A stretch of DNA of 64,000 nt, taken from the NCBI GenBank assembly GCA_002432945.1, contig DJHE01000019.1, positions 101,928 through 165,927 on the forward strand, written 5' to 3'. Both the position numbers and the translations under genes were made by a program. Of the stretch, positions 31,959 to 42,581 are shown piece by piece. The notes beneath the pieces are model-generated. The model saw only the letters and a list, made by a program, of their open reading frames with translations, searched no databases and was not told the origin of the DNA. The DNA is from Synergistaceae bacterium UBA5827 (lineage in GTDB: Bacteria; Synergistota; Synergistia; Synergistales; 79-D21). Within the stretch, counting starts at the first letter, position 1. The number at the start of each line of letters is the position of its first letter.

Positions 31959-32600
31959 TCACCGCTCTGGGATATCCCGCCTCCGGATATGAATGTAAAC
32001 ATCCCGCCCCTCGGTATCCTTGAGGGATCGAAGCATCCCCTGGATGGATTCCTGTAGGAATTTTGCCAGGTAGGGCTTGAGAAAAACATTCCTGCCGTCG
32101 ACATGGAGGCTTATGGAAGGGAAAACCTTGCCCCGGACCAGGCGTTCGGCGAGAAGGCTGGCCAGTTGATCCTCTTCTCCCGGGCCAAAAGAGGGCGTCT
32201 TGTCGGTTCTTCCCTCCCGGCTGTACCAGGCAAATATCCCGCCGACGCCTTTCGGGCAGTCTTCGGGGGGGCCTACCCAGATGCGGGGCAACGGCAAATC
32301 CTTTCCGCCTTCCAGGAGGACCAAGTCAACATCCGGCATGAGACGTTCGACCAGCCATTCCAGTTCGGGCTGGACCTCCTGGGCCTCCTTGCGGACCCCA
32401 TCGGGTCCCCAAAGGATGGTCGGGATCCCTTGTCCAAGGAAAAAGCCGGTGTCGGTTCCCCCCTTGCCCAAGATGGCTTCGTGCGTCCGCTTGACGAAAC
32501 CCACCCGGATTCCCATGCCCTCCAGCCGGGAAGCCAGGTCAAGGCAAAGTGTGGTCTTGCCGGAATTCTTGAAACCGCTTACGGCAACAAAGGCTTTCAT
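31959..32600 (-). CDS. MobB-like P-loop protein with C-terminal extension
   Basis: ORF 31959..32645. Start refined to ATG 32600 (MKAFVAVSGFKNSGKTTL Walker A), overlapping the upstream stop as ATGA. The last 60 aa or so extend beyond a typical MobB. Confidence 0.6.
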   Translation of the reverse strand: MKAFVAVSGFKNSGKTTLCLDLASRLEGMGIRVGFVKRTHEAILGKGGTDTGFFLGQGIPTILWGPDGVRKEAQEVQPELEWLVERLMPDVDLVLLEGGKDLPLPRIWVGPPEDCPKGVGGIFAWYSREGRTDKTPSFGPGEEDQLASLLAERLVRGKVFPSISLHVDGRNVFLKPYLAKFLQESIQGMLRSLKDTEGRDVYIHIRRRDIPER

Positions 32601-33790
32601 GAAGCTGATGTCCCGGTGGAGCCCGCCTGGCGAAGGTTGAGCCAAATCCGGCGGTAGGCATCAAGGCAGAAGAAGAAAAGGGTCATGACAAGCGGACCCA
32701 GGAAAATCCCCAGGAAACCCAGGGTCGCAAGGCCGCCCACAACCCCGATGAAAACGATGAGGATGTGAACCTTGCTCCCCTCGGAAATAAAGACCGGCCT
32801 CAGGAAATTGTCCACGGTACTGACGATGGCTAGTCCCCAGAATGTCAAGGTCAGCGCCGCCCCGTGCTGTCCCGTGGAGAGAAGGTAAAGGGCACCCGGA
32901 ACCCAGACCAGGGCCGTCCCTACAAAGGGAATGATCGCGAAAATGAACATCAGGGCACCGAATAGGAAAGCGTTCGGGAGCCCCACCCACCACCAGCCCA
33001 GGGCACCGAGGAATCCCTGTACGGCAGCCGTGAAGGTAAAACCGTAAACGACCGCCTGGAGCATCCTTCTCCCACGCGAGAGCATCGCGTCGGTTTCCTC
33101 CGCGGAAAGGGGGACGATATCCCGGATATACTCAACGATGACATGCCCGTCACGGATCATGAAGAAGGAAGCAACGGTAATGACGATCATCTGAAAGACC
33201 AGCTTGAGGGCACTTTCGAAAACGCCCTTGGAAACGCTTGCGATCCACCCCGAAAACCATCTTCCAAGTTGCCCTATGAGATCGTTCACAAGGTTGACCT
33301 GGGAGATCCAGGGTTTCAGGAATTCCTGGAGCGACTGGGGAATTAGTCCGAAAAGAAAGGATATATCCTGTTTTTCCAGTTTTTCCACGATGTCCGTCAG
33401 CCGACCATAAAGGGCCATGCCGTCGTGAGCCAGGTAAAACACGAAGAGGATGGCCGGGAGAAGCAGCATTGCGATGATAACGGCCGTTGTCAGGGCAGCT
33501 GCGATATTCGCGAAACGCCGGCGGAAAAGCCGCACGTGGAGAAGCTGGAAAAGAGGGTAGCTGAAAAAGGAGAGGATAATCGACCAAGCCAGCGGGCGTA
33601 GCAGGGGGAAGGCCAGCAGGAGGGCAATCGTCGAAAGCGCCGCGAAAAAGACGACGAACGGGACGAAGGTTCCTCTTGGCCGATTCCTGGCCACTTCAGG
33701 ACTACTCGCCTCCACCACGATGGAGACCTCCTTCCGAGATAAGGGCCGCTGAAATCCCGGCTCCCAGGCCATTATCGATATTGACGGCAA
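32597..33790 (-). CDS. AI-2E family transporter (PerM/UPF0118)
   Basis: 397-aa polytopic membrane ORF with a family-typical C-terminal glycine-rich TM region. The annotated start overlaps the larB 3' end by 89 nt, so the true start is uncertain. Confidence 0.75.
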   Translation of the reverse strand: MPSISIMAWEPGFQRPLSRKEVSIVVEASSPEVARNRPRGTFVPFVVFFAALSTIALLLAFPLLRPLAWSIILSFFSYPLFQLLHVRLFRRRFANIAAALTTAVIIAMLLLPAILFVFYLAHDGMALYGRLTDIVEKLEKQDISFLFGLIPQSLQEFLKPWISQVNLVNDLIGQLGRWFSGWIASVSKGVFESALKLVFQMIVITVASFFMIRDGHVIVEYIRDIVPLSAEETDAMLSRGRRMLQAVVYGFTFTAAVQGFLGALGWWWVGLPNAFLFGALMFIFAIIPFVGTALVWVPGALYLLSTGQHGAALTLTFWGLAIVSTVDNFLRPVFISEGSKVHILIVFIGVVGGLATLGFLGIFLGPLVMTLFFFCLDAYRRIWLNLRQAGSTGTSAS

Positions 33791-34478
33791 CCACGTTGGG
33801 GCAGCAACTGTTAAGAATGCCCAGAAGGGCCGACAGTCCTCCCCAGTTCGAACCGTACCCCACGGATGTCGGCACTGCCACGACCACGGTCTTCAAGAGC
33901 CCTGCCGCGACCGTAGGCAGGGCTGCCTCCATGCCGGCCACTGCGACCACCACATCAGCGCTTCGGAGTTCGGGCAAAACGGCGAGAAGGCGATGAAGGC
34001 CGGCCACACCCACGTCAAAGTGCCGAGTGACCCGGCAACCGCAAAGCTCCGCAACAAGTGCGGCTTCACAAGCCACCGGCAGGTCTGCCGTGCCCCCGCA
34101 GATAACCCCGACGCTCCCCCTCCGGGGATGGTCGGACCCCCTTCGGTAACCGATTCGCGCGACCTCGTCGTAGACAAAGCCGTCAAGGAGGGCCCCTACC
34201 GTTCCGGCCTGTACCTCGTCCATCCTGCTGAAAATCAGGGTTTCGCTCCTGTCGGAGCAACCTCCCGCGATTTTCTCAAGCTGCTTCGCCGTCTTGCCCG
34301 GGCAATAGATGACTTCACCTATACCGCACCGGTAAGCACGGTGAACATCCAGGCGGATGTCGTCCATGTGGAGGGTCGCCATCCTCGACAAGGTCTCGAG
34401 CCCTTCCTCGACAGACATCTGTCCGCCTCGGATCTTTTCAAGGAAATCCCGGTACGGGCCCTCGGGGTTGGGATTCAT
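33702..34478 (-). CDS. larB: nickel-pincer cofactor biosynthesis protein LarB (PurE-like carboxylase/hydrolase)
   Basis: 258-aa ORF. The N-terminal region (RLDVHRAYRCGIGEVIYCPGKT) followed by a PurE/AIRC-like domain (GSVGVICGGTADLPVA, AVAGMEAALP) matches LarB architecture. Confidence 0.75.
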   Translation of the reverse strand: MNPNPEGPYRDFLEKIRGGQMSVEEGLETLSRMATLHMDDIRLDVHRAYRCGIGEVIYCPGKTAKQLEKIAGGCSDRSETLIFSRMDEVQAGTVGALLDGFVYDEVARIGYRRGSDHPRRGSVGVICGGTADLPVACEAALVAELCGCRVTRHFDVGVAGLHRLLAVLPELRSADVVVAVAGMEAALPTVAAGLLKTVVVAVPTSVGYGSNWGGLSALLGILNSCCPNVVAVNIDNGLGAGISAALISEGGLHRGGGE

Positions 34479-34491
34479 CTCCGCAGGAACC

Positions 34492-36033
34492 CTACTCCCA
34501 TTCGATCGTTGCCGGGGGCTTGCTCGTCACATCGTAAACGACCCGGTTGACCCCCTGGACCTCGTTGCAGATCCGGTTTGCCGTCCTGTTGAGGAGGTCC
34601 GCCGGCAGCCTGGCCCAGTCCGCGGTCATCGCATCAAGCGATTCGACCGCCCGGAGAGCGATGGCCTCGGCATAGGTCCGTACATCACCCATCACACCGA
34701 CGCTACGGGCAGGCAATAGGACACAGAAGGCCTGCCAAAGTCGATCGTAGAGACCCGCCTTCCGGACCTCGTCGATGAAAATCGCATCGGCCCTTCTCAG
34801 GGTATCGAGACGGTCGGCTGTGATCTCGCCAAGGCATCGGACCGCCAATCCCGGCCCCGGGAAAGGATGTCGCCCGAGTATCAGTTCCGGTACCCCAAGC
34901 ATTCGGCCGATTTCACGCCCCTCGTCCTTGAAAAGGTCACGCAGGGGTTCGAGGATTTTCAGGGACATCCTCTCGGGAAGCCCCCCAACGTTGTGGTGCG
35001 TCTTGATGACCGCGGCTCCCTTGCCCTTGTGCCCGCTCTCGATGATATCGGGATAGAGGGTTCCTTGGAGAAGCCATTGCGCCCCCCCGATCTCCGCAGC
35101 CTTCTCCTCGAAAACCCGGACAAAGAGTTCGCCGATGATCTTTCTCTTCCTTTCGGGTTCGGAAACCCCCCTGAGCCCTTCCAGGAAACGATCCGATGCA
35201 TCGACGTAATGGATTCGCAGGTTCATTCCGCGGTAAGCCTCCAGGACTTCTTCCGCCTCGTCCAGGCGCAAGAGGCCGTTGTTGACAAAAATGCAATCGA
35301 GTTGATCCCCGATCGCCCGTGCAGTCAGGACCGCCGCCACGGTTGAATCCACTCCACCGGATAGCCCGCACACAACCCGATCGGATCCCACCTGCTCCCG
35401 GATCGCCCGGACCGACTGGTCCGCCCAGTCGCTCAGGTTCCAGTCAGGCACGCAATTGCAGATGGAGAAGAGGAAATTCCTTAGGATCTCCATCCCCCTG
35501 GGCGTGTGCGCCACCTCAGGGTGGAACTGCAGGGCCGTGATCCGGCTTGACTTGTCCGCAAACCCCGAGATGAGCCCTCCCCTGCTTTCGGCGATGGCAT
35601 GGCATCCCGCCGGCAGCGAGGTCACACTGTCCCAGTGGCTCATCCAGACCGACAGGGATTCGGGCATCCCTTTCAGCAGCGAGTTTTCGGAATCCAGGAC
35701 CCTGACTTCCGCAGGTCCGTACTCAGCCAGGGGGGCCTGCATGACGGTCCCCCCCAGGCGATGGGCAAGAAGCTGCATGCCGTAGCAGATCCCCAGGATC
35801 GGGATCCCGGAATGGAGGATTGAATCCGGGATCGCCGGGGCGTCTTCCTCAAGGACGCTCCGGGGCCCCCCGGAAATGATGATCCCGTTCGGGTTGCGGG
35901 CCAGGATCGCCTCTTCCGGCGAATCCCACGGAAGGATTTCACTATGGACCTGGAGTTCCCGTATGCGCCTGGCGATGAGCTGCGTGTACTGGGAACCGCA
36001 ATCCAGGATGACGATATTCGAATGAGATGCCAT
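34492..36033 (-). CDS. guaA: glutamine-hydrolysing GMP synthase
   Basis: ORF 34492..36156. Start refined to ATG 36033 (MASHSNIVILDCGSQYTQLIARRIREL). GATase domain, ATP-PPase SGGVDS motif, and a C-terminal end of PPATIEWE. Confidence 0.95.
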   Translation of the reverse strand: MASHSNIVILDCGSQYTQLIARRIRELQVHSEILPWDSPEEAILARNPNGIIISGGPRSVLEEDAPAIPDSILHSGIPILGICYGMQLLAHRLGGTVMQAPLAEYGPAEVRVLDSENSLLKGMPESLSVWMSHWDSVTSLPAGCHAIAESRGGLISGFADKSSRITALQFHPEVAHTPRGMEILRNFLFSICNCVPDWNLSDWADQSVRAIREQVGSDRVVCGLSGGVDSTVAAVLTARAIGDQLDCIFVNNGLLRLDEAEEVLEAYRGMNLRIHYVDASDRFLEGLRGVSEPERKRKIIGELFVRVFEEKAAEIGGAQWLLQGTLYPDIIESGHKGKGAAVIKTHHNVGGLPERMSLKILEPLRDLFKDEGREIGRMLGVPELILGRHPFPGPGLAVRCLGEITADRLDTLRRADAIFIDEVRKAGLYDRLWQAFCVLLPARSVGVMGDVRTYAEAIALRAVESLDAMTADWARLPADLLNRTANRICNEVQGVNRVVYDVTSKPPATIEWE

Positions 36034-36137
36034 GAAAGAGCCCTGAGGGCTTCTCCCCCTTCGGCTTGAAATCGGGATGGTCGTATTCGGGATTATCTTA
36101 ACAGACAAAGACATCGACGGAGAACCGCCCTTGTCGG

Positions 36138-36167
36138 AAAAAAAAAGCCCCCGCATTGCGCGGGGGC
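36138..36167 (-). terminator. intrinsic terminator of groES-groEL
   Basis: Minus strand reads GCCCCCGC-(5-nt loop)-GCGGGGGC followed by T9. It begins 19 nt after the groEL stop. Confidence 0.85.
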
Positions 36168-36185
36168 CAAGCTGGAATTCTATCC

Positions 36186-37829
<1,644 letters not shown>

Positions 37830-37846
37830 CTAAATGGTGTCCAGGG

Positions 37847-38134
37847 TTACTCAACGATCGCGAGGATATCGCGCTCGCTCAGGATCAGGTATTCTTCGCC
37901 GTCAACCTTAACCTCGGTACCGGAATACTTTCCGAAGAGGACCCGGTCGCCGACCTTGACTTCCGGCGGGAGCTTCTGGCCGTTCTCCAGGACCTTGCCC
38001 GACCCGACGGCCATGACCTTGGCTTCCTGGGGCTTCTCTTTCGCTGTGTCCGGTAGGACGATCCCGCCGCGGGTCTTTTCTTCCTGGGTCAGGACCTTGA
38101 CGACGATACGATCCGCCAAAGGCTTCAACTGCAT
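37847..38134 (-). CDS. groS: co-chaperonin GroES
   Basis: 95-aa ORF starting [14 protein letters not shown]...[18 protein letters not shown], with RBS AGGAGGG 8 nt upstream. Confidence 0.97.
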   Translation of the reverse strand: MQLKPLADRIVVKVLTQEEKTRGGIVLPDTAKEKPQEAKVMAVGSGKVLENGQKLPPEVKVGDRVLFGKYSGTEVKVDGEEYLILSERDILAIVE

Positions 38135-38166
38135 GAGACATCCCTCCTGCGATTTGGTTTATTGTA

Positions 38167-38193
38167 TTAGCACTCGTCGATAGCGAGTGCTAA
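38167..38193. promoter_or_regulatory. CIRCE operator (HrcA binding site)
   Basis: TTAGCACTC-GTCGATAGC-GAGTGCTAA is a perfect match to the CIRCE consensus TTAGCACTC-N9-GAGTGCTAA. It sits between the predicted -10 box and the groES RBS. Confidence 0.9.
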
Positions 38194-38206
38194 TTTCCCG
38201 GTGAAA

Positions 38207-38235
38207 AGTGTAGGAGCCACCCCCGATTCTCTCAA
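38207..38235 (-). promoter_or_regulatory. sigma-70-type promoter candidate for groES-groEL
   Basis: Minus strand reads TTGAGA (38235-38230), 17 nt, then TACACT (38212-38207), immediately upstream of CIRCE. Confidence 0.6.
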
Positions 38236-38313
38236 ACGGGACCTAGGCCGATAAAAGGTGAATAGGCGCGCTTTAGGGTCTGAATTTGCTTCTTTCTTGT
38301 TTATTCTTCGTTT

Positions 38314-39354
38314 TCAATCGGATAAAAGAGGCAATGCAGGATCAGGTGACAGATCAAGCCCACTTCGGCGTCCTCTCCAGTAGCCGTTGAAAGCGGCAGC
38401 GGCAACCATCGCGCCATTGTCGGTGCAGAGATGGGCAGGTGGCAGAAAAACCTGCCAGTCCTTCCTTGCCAGGAAGGCAGCCCGCAGGCCGCTGTTCGCC
38501 GCAACCCCCCCCGAAAGGGTGACCCGATTGACCCCGGTCATGCGGACAGCCAGGTCCACCTTGGTGAGAAGGGCCGAAACCACGGCTTTCTGGAAAGAAG
38601 CACACAGGTCCTCCACGGGAACCACACCCTCGTTCTCGAGGCGGCGAAGGAGAGTCAGTGCCGCTGTTTTCAGGCCGCTGAAACTAAATTCGACCCTTGG
38701 AGTGTCAGCCATGGGGACAGGAAGAGGAAAAGCCCCGCAGTTCCCCAGTCCTGCCAGGCGATCGATTGCGGGCCCGCCGGGATAACCCAGCCCAAGGACC
38801 TTTGCAAGCTTATCGTAGGCCTCGCCGGCGGCATCGTCCCTCGTGCAGCCTAGAAGGTTGTAATCCCCGAAAGCCCTTACCAGGATGACTTCCGTATGCC
38901 CCCCGGAAACAAGGAGGGTCAGGAAAGGAGGGGAGAGTTCCGGAGAATGGATGACATTGGCGAAAAGGTGCCCCTCCAGGTGGTTCACGCCCAAAAGGGG
39001 CAAATTCCAGGCCTGGGCTAGCGCTTTCGCCGTCATGACGCCCACGAGCAGCGACCCCATCAGCCCCGGTCCCGCCGTGACGCCGATGAGGCCGATTTCG
39101 CGGGAAGGGTCCTTTATTCCTGTCTCTGAAAGTGCCGAGAAGAGCAGAGGAAGGATCCTTTCCTGGTGATCACGCGAGGCCAGTTCCGGGACAACCCCGC
39201 CATACGGCGCATGAAGCCCGAGCTGGCTGGAAATCAAGGAGGACAAAACCCTGGACTGCCCTTCTAGGATCGCCACGGCCGTATCATCGCAGCTGCTCTC
39301 TATACCGAGGGTCAGGAAACGTTCCGGCCTCAATGCCCTCCACACCCCCTGCAT
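38314..39354 (-). CDS. tsaD: tRNA N6-adenosine threonylcarbamoyltransferase TsaD
   Basis: ORF 38314..39435 with LGIESSCDDTAVAI and GVNHLEGH motifs. Start is ambiguous: ATG 39354 overlaps the upstream zinc-ribbon gene by 25 nt, while TTG 39333 (TTGA overlap with its stop) gives MRPERFLTLGIESS. Confidence 0.9.
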   Translation of the reverse strand: MQGVWRALRPERFLTLGIESSCDDTAVAILEGQSRVLSSLISSQLGLHAPYGGVVPELASRDHQERILPLLFSALSETGIKDPSREIGLIGVTAGPGLMGSLLVGVMTAKALAQAWNLPLLGVNHLEGHLFANVIHSPELSPPFLTLLVSGGHTEVILVRAFGDYNLLGCTRDDAAGEAYDKLAKVLGLGYPGGPAIDRLAGLGNCGAFPLPVPMADTPRVEFSFSGLKTAALTLLRRLENEGVVPVEDLCASFQKAVVSALLTKVDLAVRMTGVNRVTLSGGVAANSGLRAAFLARKDWQVFLPPAHLCTDNGAMVAAAAFNGYWRGRRSGLDLSPDPALPLLSD

Positions 39355-39515
39355 CCTCCGCAGGAACCGCCGCACTGGCAGGCCTTCGAACTCCTTTTTT
39401 CTCCCCTCTCGTGCAGAAGGACTTTTCCCCGGCACTTAGGGCAACGGGAGGCGAACCCTTCCGATTCGAACCGGTGGTCGCAGGATGCGCATCGATAAGC
39501 GTGGGCAGGGGTCAT
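39330..39515 (-). CDS. FmdB-family zinc-ribbon protein (CxxC-CxxC with Cys/Gly-rich tail)
   Basis: Inner part of ORF 39330..39728, starting at ATG 39515 (ATGA overlap with the upstream stop): MTPAHAYRCASCDHRFESEGFASRCPKCRGKVLL...CQCGGSCGGCRGCGGH. Confidence 0.7.
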   Translation of the reverse strand: MTPAHAYRCASCDHRFESEGFASRCPKCRGKVLLHERGEKRSSKACQCGGSCGGCRGCGGH

Positions 39516-40051
39516 TTGCCGGGAACCTTCCATTTCGCCTCTTCCTTTCCATATCCGACCACGATCTCCGTGCCTGCCTTGAGAACAGTCTTGGGAACGC
39601 TGAACGCCAGCGTTCCCGTGAAACCGCTCGGCAACTCCCCGGTCGGCGTATATTCTTTCATGGTAAGTAAATCTTCTAAGGAGACTCCATGGGAGCCGAC
39701 AAAAAGGTTCCCGGGAACAAGTTCCCATGGGGTGAAAGTCTCAAACCTGAGAATGAAGAGTGATTTCCCCTTGAGGGACTTCTCCCCAAGGTGCCGGGAA
39801 TGCCAGGTCAGCCATTCGGGAGAACCCGGGTCCGCCCTGGCCGTTGAAGCAAGGGCCGCATCGACATAGATAAAGGTCAACCTCGCCCTGGCCCCGAGAA
39901 CGAGGTCGCCCAGGACCTGCCCGTCAATCCAGACATTTGCCGACCTTTCTTCAAGAAGCTGGTCCAGGTCTTTGGGCTGGGCAGCCCCGGCATCTCCCGC
40001 AAGAACAAACAGCGAGAGAAGAAGCAGGTATGCACACGCCAGGCGCTTCAT
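39512..40051 (-). CDS. hypothetical secreted protein
   Basis: 179-aa ORF with signal peptide MKRLACAYLLLLSLFVLAGDAGAA. I recognised no motif. Confidence 0.55.
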   Translation of the reverse strand: MKRLACAYLLLLSLFVLAGDAGAAQPKDLDQLLEERSANVWIDGQVLGDLVLGARARLTFIYVDAALASTARADPGSPEWLTWHSRHLGEKSLKGKSLFILRFETFTPWELVPGNLFVGSHGVSLEDLLTMKEYTPTGELPSGFTGTLAFSVPKTVLKAGTEIVVGYGKEEAKWKVPGK

Positions 40052-40057
40052 CTTTCC

Positions 40058-40984
40058 TCACTCTCCCCTGCCTTCGTCAATTGGGGCGGAGCCCTCCCGG
40101 GTGCCCCCGGTCAGTTCTTCCGCCGTGAACAAATAGGATGTCCCGCAAAAATGGCACCGGACCTCATGGGCTTCCTCCGGTTTTTCTTTCCCCATCGACT
40201 CCACCAGGAGAACCCGGGCAAGTTCCCGGCTGCACCGGCACGAGAAAGAAAACCCTACGTCTTCGAACCACTCGATTCCCATCCCGTCGAAGAGCGTCTC
40301 CATGGCGCTCCGGGCATCTCGATGCGCTTCCAGGAAGCCGCTAACGGAAGGGGTGTTCCTAATTCTTTCCTCGACGGCGCGAATGAGAGGCTCTTCCGCC
40401 CCGGGCAAAACCTGGACCATATACCCCCCAGCCGACAGGACCTTTCCCGGAGCGGCGCTCACGCCCAGGCCGACCGCTGTCCCCGTCTGCTCGGACAGAC
40501 GGTAGTAATGGGCAATGTCCTCGGCCACTTCCCCCGAAAGGAGGGGTACCTGGCTCGACATGGGCTCCTTCATTTTTACGTCCCGGAAAACGCTAAGCGT
40601 CCCGTCCTTTCCCACGCCTGAGGCAACGTCCAGTTTCCCCGCGGCCGAAGGAGGCAGTTCCACCCCCGGGTTGGCCACGTATCCCCGAACCTGCCCCTCG
40701 GGCTCGGCATCCGCGACCACGAGTCCAAGAGGGCCTCCCCCATCAAGCTTTAGTGTAACGCGGGCCTTTTTAAGCTTGATATCAAGAGCCATCATCATGG
40801 CAGCCATCATGAGACGCCCGAGTGCAGCAGCGGCAAGAGGACTCAGCTTCTGCCGACGCATCGAGTCCGCCACCAGGTCATCCGCCTTGACAGCGAAAAT
40901 CCTGAAGTTCCCCCCCGCCAGGAGTCCCCTGGATACCACGGCACCGGGCCGGGACTCTCCGGTTTGCTCCTTTTCCTTTTTCAA
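40058..40984 (-). CDS. hslO: redox-regulated chaperone Hsp33
   Basis: 308-aa ORF with the C-terminal zinc switch CRCSRE...CHFCG. Confidence 0.9.
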   Translation of the reverse strand: MKKEKEQTGESRPGAVVSRGLLAGGNFRIFAVKADDLVADSMRRQKLSPLAAAALGRLMMAAMMMALDIKLKKARVTLKLDGGGPLGLVVADAEPEGQVRGYVANPGVELPPSAAGKLDVASGVGKDGTLSVFRDVKMKEPMSSQVPLLSGEVAEDIAHYYRLSEQTGTAVGLGVSAAPGKVLSAGGYMVQVLPGAEEPLIRAVEERIRNTPSVSGFLEAHRDARSAMETLFDGMGIEWFEDVGFSFSCRCSRELARVLLVESMGKEKPEEAHEVRCHFCGTSYLFTAEELTGGTREGSAPIDEGRGE

Positions 40985-42540
40985 GAGGTTCTTTCCTCCT
41001 TCTCAAGAGCCCCGAAGACCCATTTCCACTCGGGGCATCCCATCTTCCACGAGGCAAGCCCATAAACGACCGCCCCAACCAAAACGGAGACGAAAACCCA
41101 GGCCAGCTTTCTCCAGAGCGCAACCCCCGGGTTGTAGGGAAGGAAAAAGGCCCCGGCAAGGATTGCCGCGGACATTATCGCGAGGGCGGCTCCATGGCAA
41201 AGCATCCACCCGGCCGTCAGGACCTTCATGGGTTCGCCCAGGTGGCGGCGTAGTCTCCACGCTCCCATGAGAGCCCCGCCTGTAAAAGCGAGGGATGAAG
41301 CCAGGGCTAACCCCGCATAGGAAAAAAAACGGACTAGGAGAATGCTGAAGGCAAGGTTCAATAAAACGGTGACCCCTGTGACTTTCAGCGCCTCCCTGGG
41401 CAATCGTCTTGCATAGAGCCCCCTCATCACAACGGTCGAGCAGGCCATCCCCGGAAGCCCCAGCGCATAAAGCGCCATGCACCGGCTTGTCGCTTCCCAC
41501 GCCCAATCGTTGAAGGCTCCACGGACAAAGAGGACGTGGACGATGGGCCTGGCCAGCAGGGTCATCCCCACGACAACGGGCAGGATCACGAACAGGGTGA
41601 ATCGCAGGGCATCCCTGACCATCAGGGCAAAACCGGCGGTCTCCTCGGACCCGAGGCGGGAAAGCATCGGGAGTACCGCCTGGGAGATGGCGATGACGAA
41701 AAGCCCGAGGGGCAGCTGGATGACGCGGTCTGCATAACTTAGGACCGAAATCGTACCGCCCTCCAGGAAGGATCCCACCATCCGGCTGATTACGGGATTG
41801 ACCTGGTTCAGGGACAGACCTGCCATGTAGGGGAAAAAAAGGCAGATAACCTTCCTAAGTTCCGGGTTTCCCCAATCCGGCCTGGCCGGGACGAGAGGCA
41901 TCCCGAGAGCCCCCGCCCTCCACCACTGTAGGAGCATCTGGGCGGCGCCCCCCGTCAACACGGCCACCGGAAGGGCCCATATCCCCATGCGGGGTGCTAG
42001 AATGGCCAGGAGTGCAATGTAAAGAAGGTTGCTCAGCGCAGGGGCGACAGCAGGGACGAAATAGCTGTCCAGTGTATTGAGGACCCCCATCGCTAGAGCC
42101 GCAACGGAAACCAGCAGCAGGAAGGGGAACATGAATCGCGTCAGGATAATCGCCAGGCGGGCGTCGTCCCCCGAGAAACCGGGAGCCATGATCCTAACGA
42201 GAAAAGGGGCGCCCAGGAACCCGATAAGGACCGTCGCGCCCCCGGCAATCAACAGGACCGTTGTCATCTGGCGAGCGAGCCTCGAAGCCTTTTCGCGACC
42301 GTCCTCGGCCATCACCCGCGAAAAGACGGGCACAAAGGCTGCCGACAGCGCACCTTCCGCCAGGAGCTGCCGGGACAGGTTCGCGAGCGTATAGGCAACC
42401 AGGAAGGCATCCAGCTGGCGCGTCGCCCCGAAAAGGGCCGCGGTGATGATCTCCCGCAATAGGCCGAGGACACGGCTCGCAAGGGTTCCGACCATCATTC
42501 TCATAGCGTGACGCACCATCTTGCTCAAGGGGGAAATCAT
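40981..42540 (-). CDS. murJ: lipid II flippase MurJ (MviN)
   Basis: ORF 40981..42735. Start refined to ATG 42540 (RBS AGGAGG 7 nt upstream). N-terminus has GTLASRVLGLLREIITAALFGATRQLDAF; about 14 TM segments. Confidence 0.9.
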   Translation of the reverse strand: MISPLSKMVRHAMRMMVGTLASRVLGLLREIITAALFGATRQLDAFLVAYTLANLSRQLLAEGALSAAFVPVFSRVMAEDGREKASRLARQMTTVLLIAGGATVLIGFLGAPFLVRIMAPGFSGDDARLAIILTRFMFPFLLLVSVAALAMGVLNTLDSYFVPAVAPALSNLLYIALLAILAPRMGIWALPVAVLTGGAAQMLLQWWRAGALGMPLVPARPDWGNPELRKVICLFFPYMAGLSLNQVNPVISRMVGSFLEGGTISVLSYADRVIQLPLGLFVIAISQAVLPMLSRLGSEETAGFALMVRDALRFTLFVILPVVVGMTLLARPIVHVLFVRGAFNDWAWEATSRCMALYALGLPGMACSTVVMRGLYARRLPREALKVTGVTVLLNLAFSILLVRFFSYAGLALASSLAFTGGALMGAWRLRRHLGEPMKVLTAGWMLCHGAALAIMSAAILAGAFFLPYNPGVALWRKLAWVFVSVLVGAVVYGLASWKMGCPEWKWVFGALEKEERTS

Positions 42541-42581
42541 CACAGGACCTCCTGCAGTCCAACGTGAAAGGGGAGATCCCC

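Noticed and set aside
36034-36137. Possible purine riboswitch upstream of guaA, and T-box leaders upstream of hisS (48729-48804) and aspS.
   Set aside because: The leaders are too short (about 60-75 nt) and lack the conserved purine-aptamer or T-box sequence and structure elements. aspS follows hisS by about 30 nt and has no leader.
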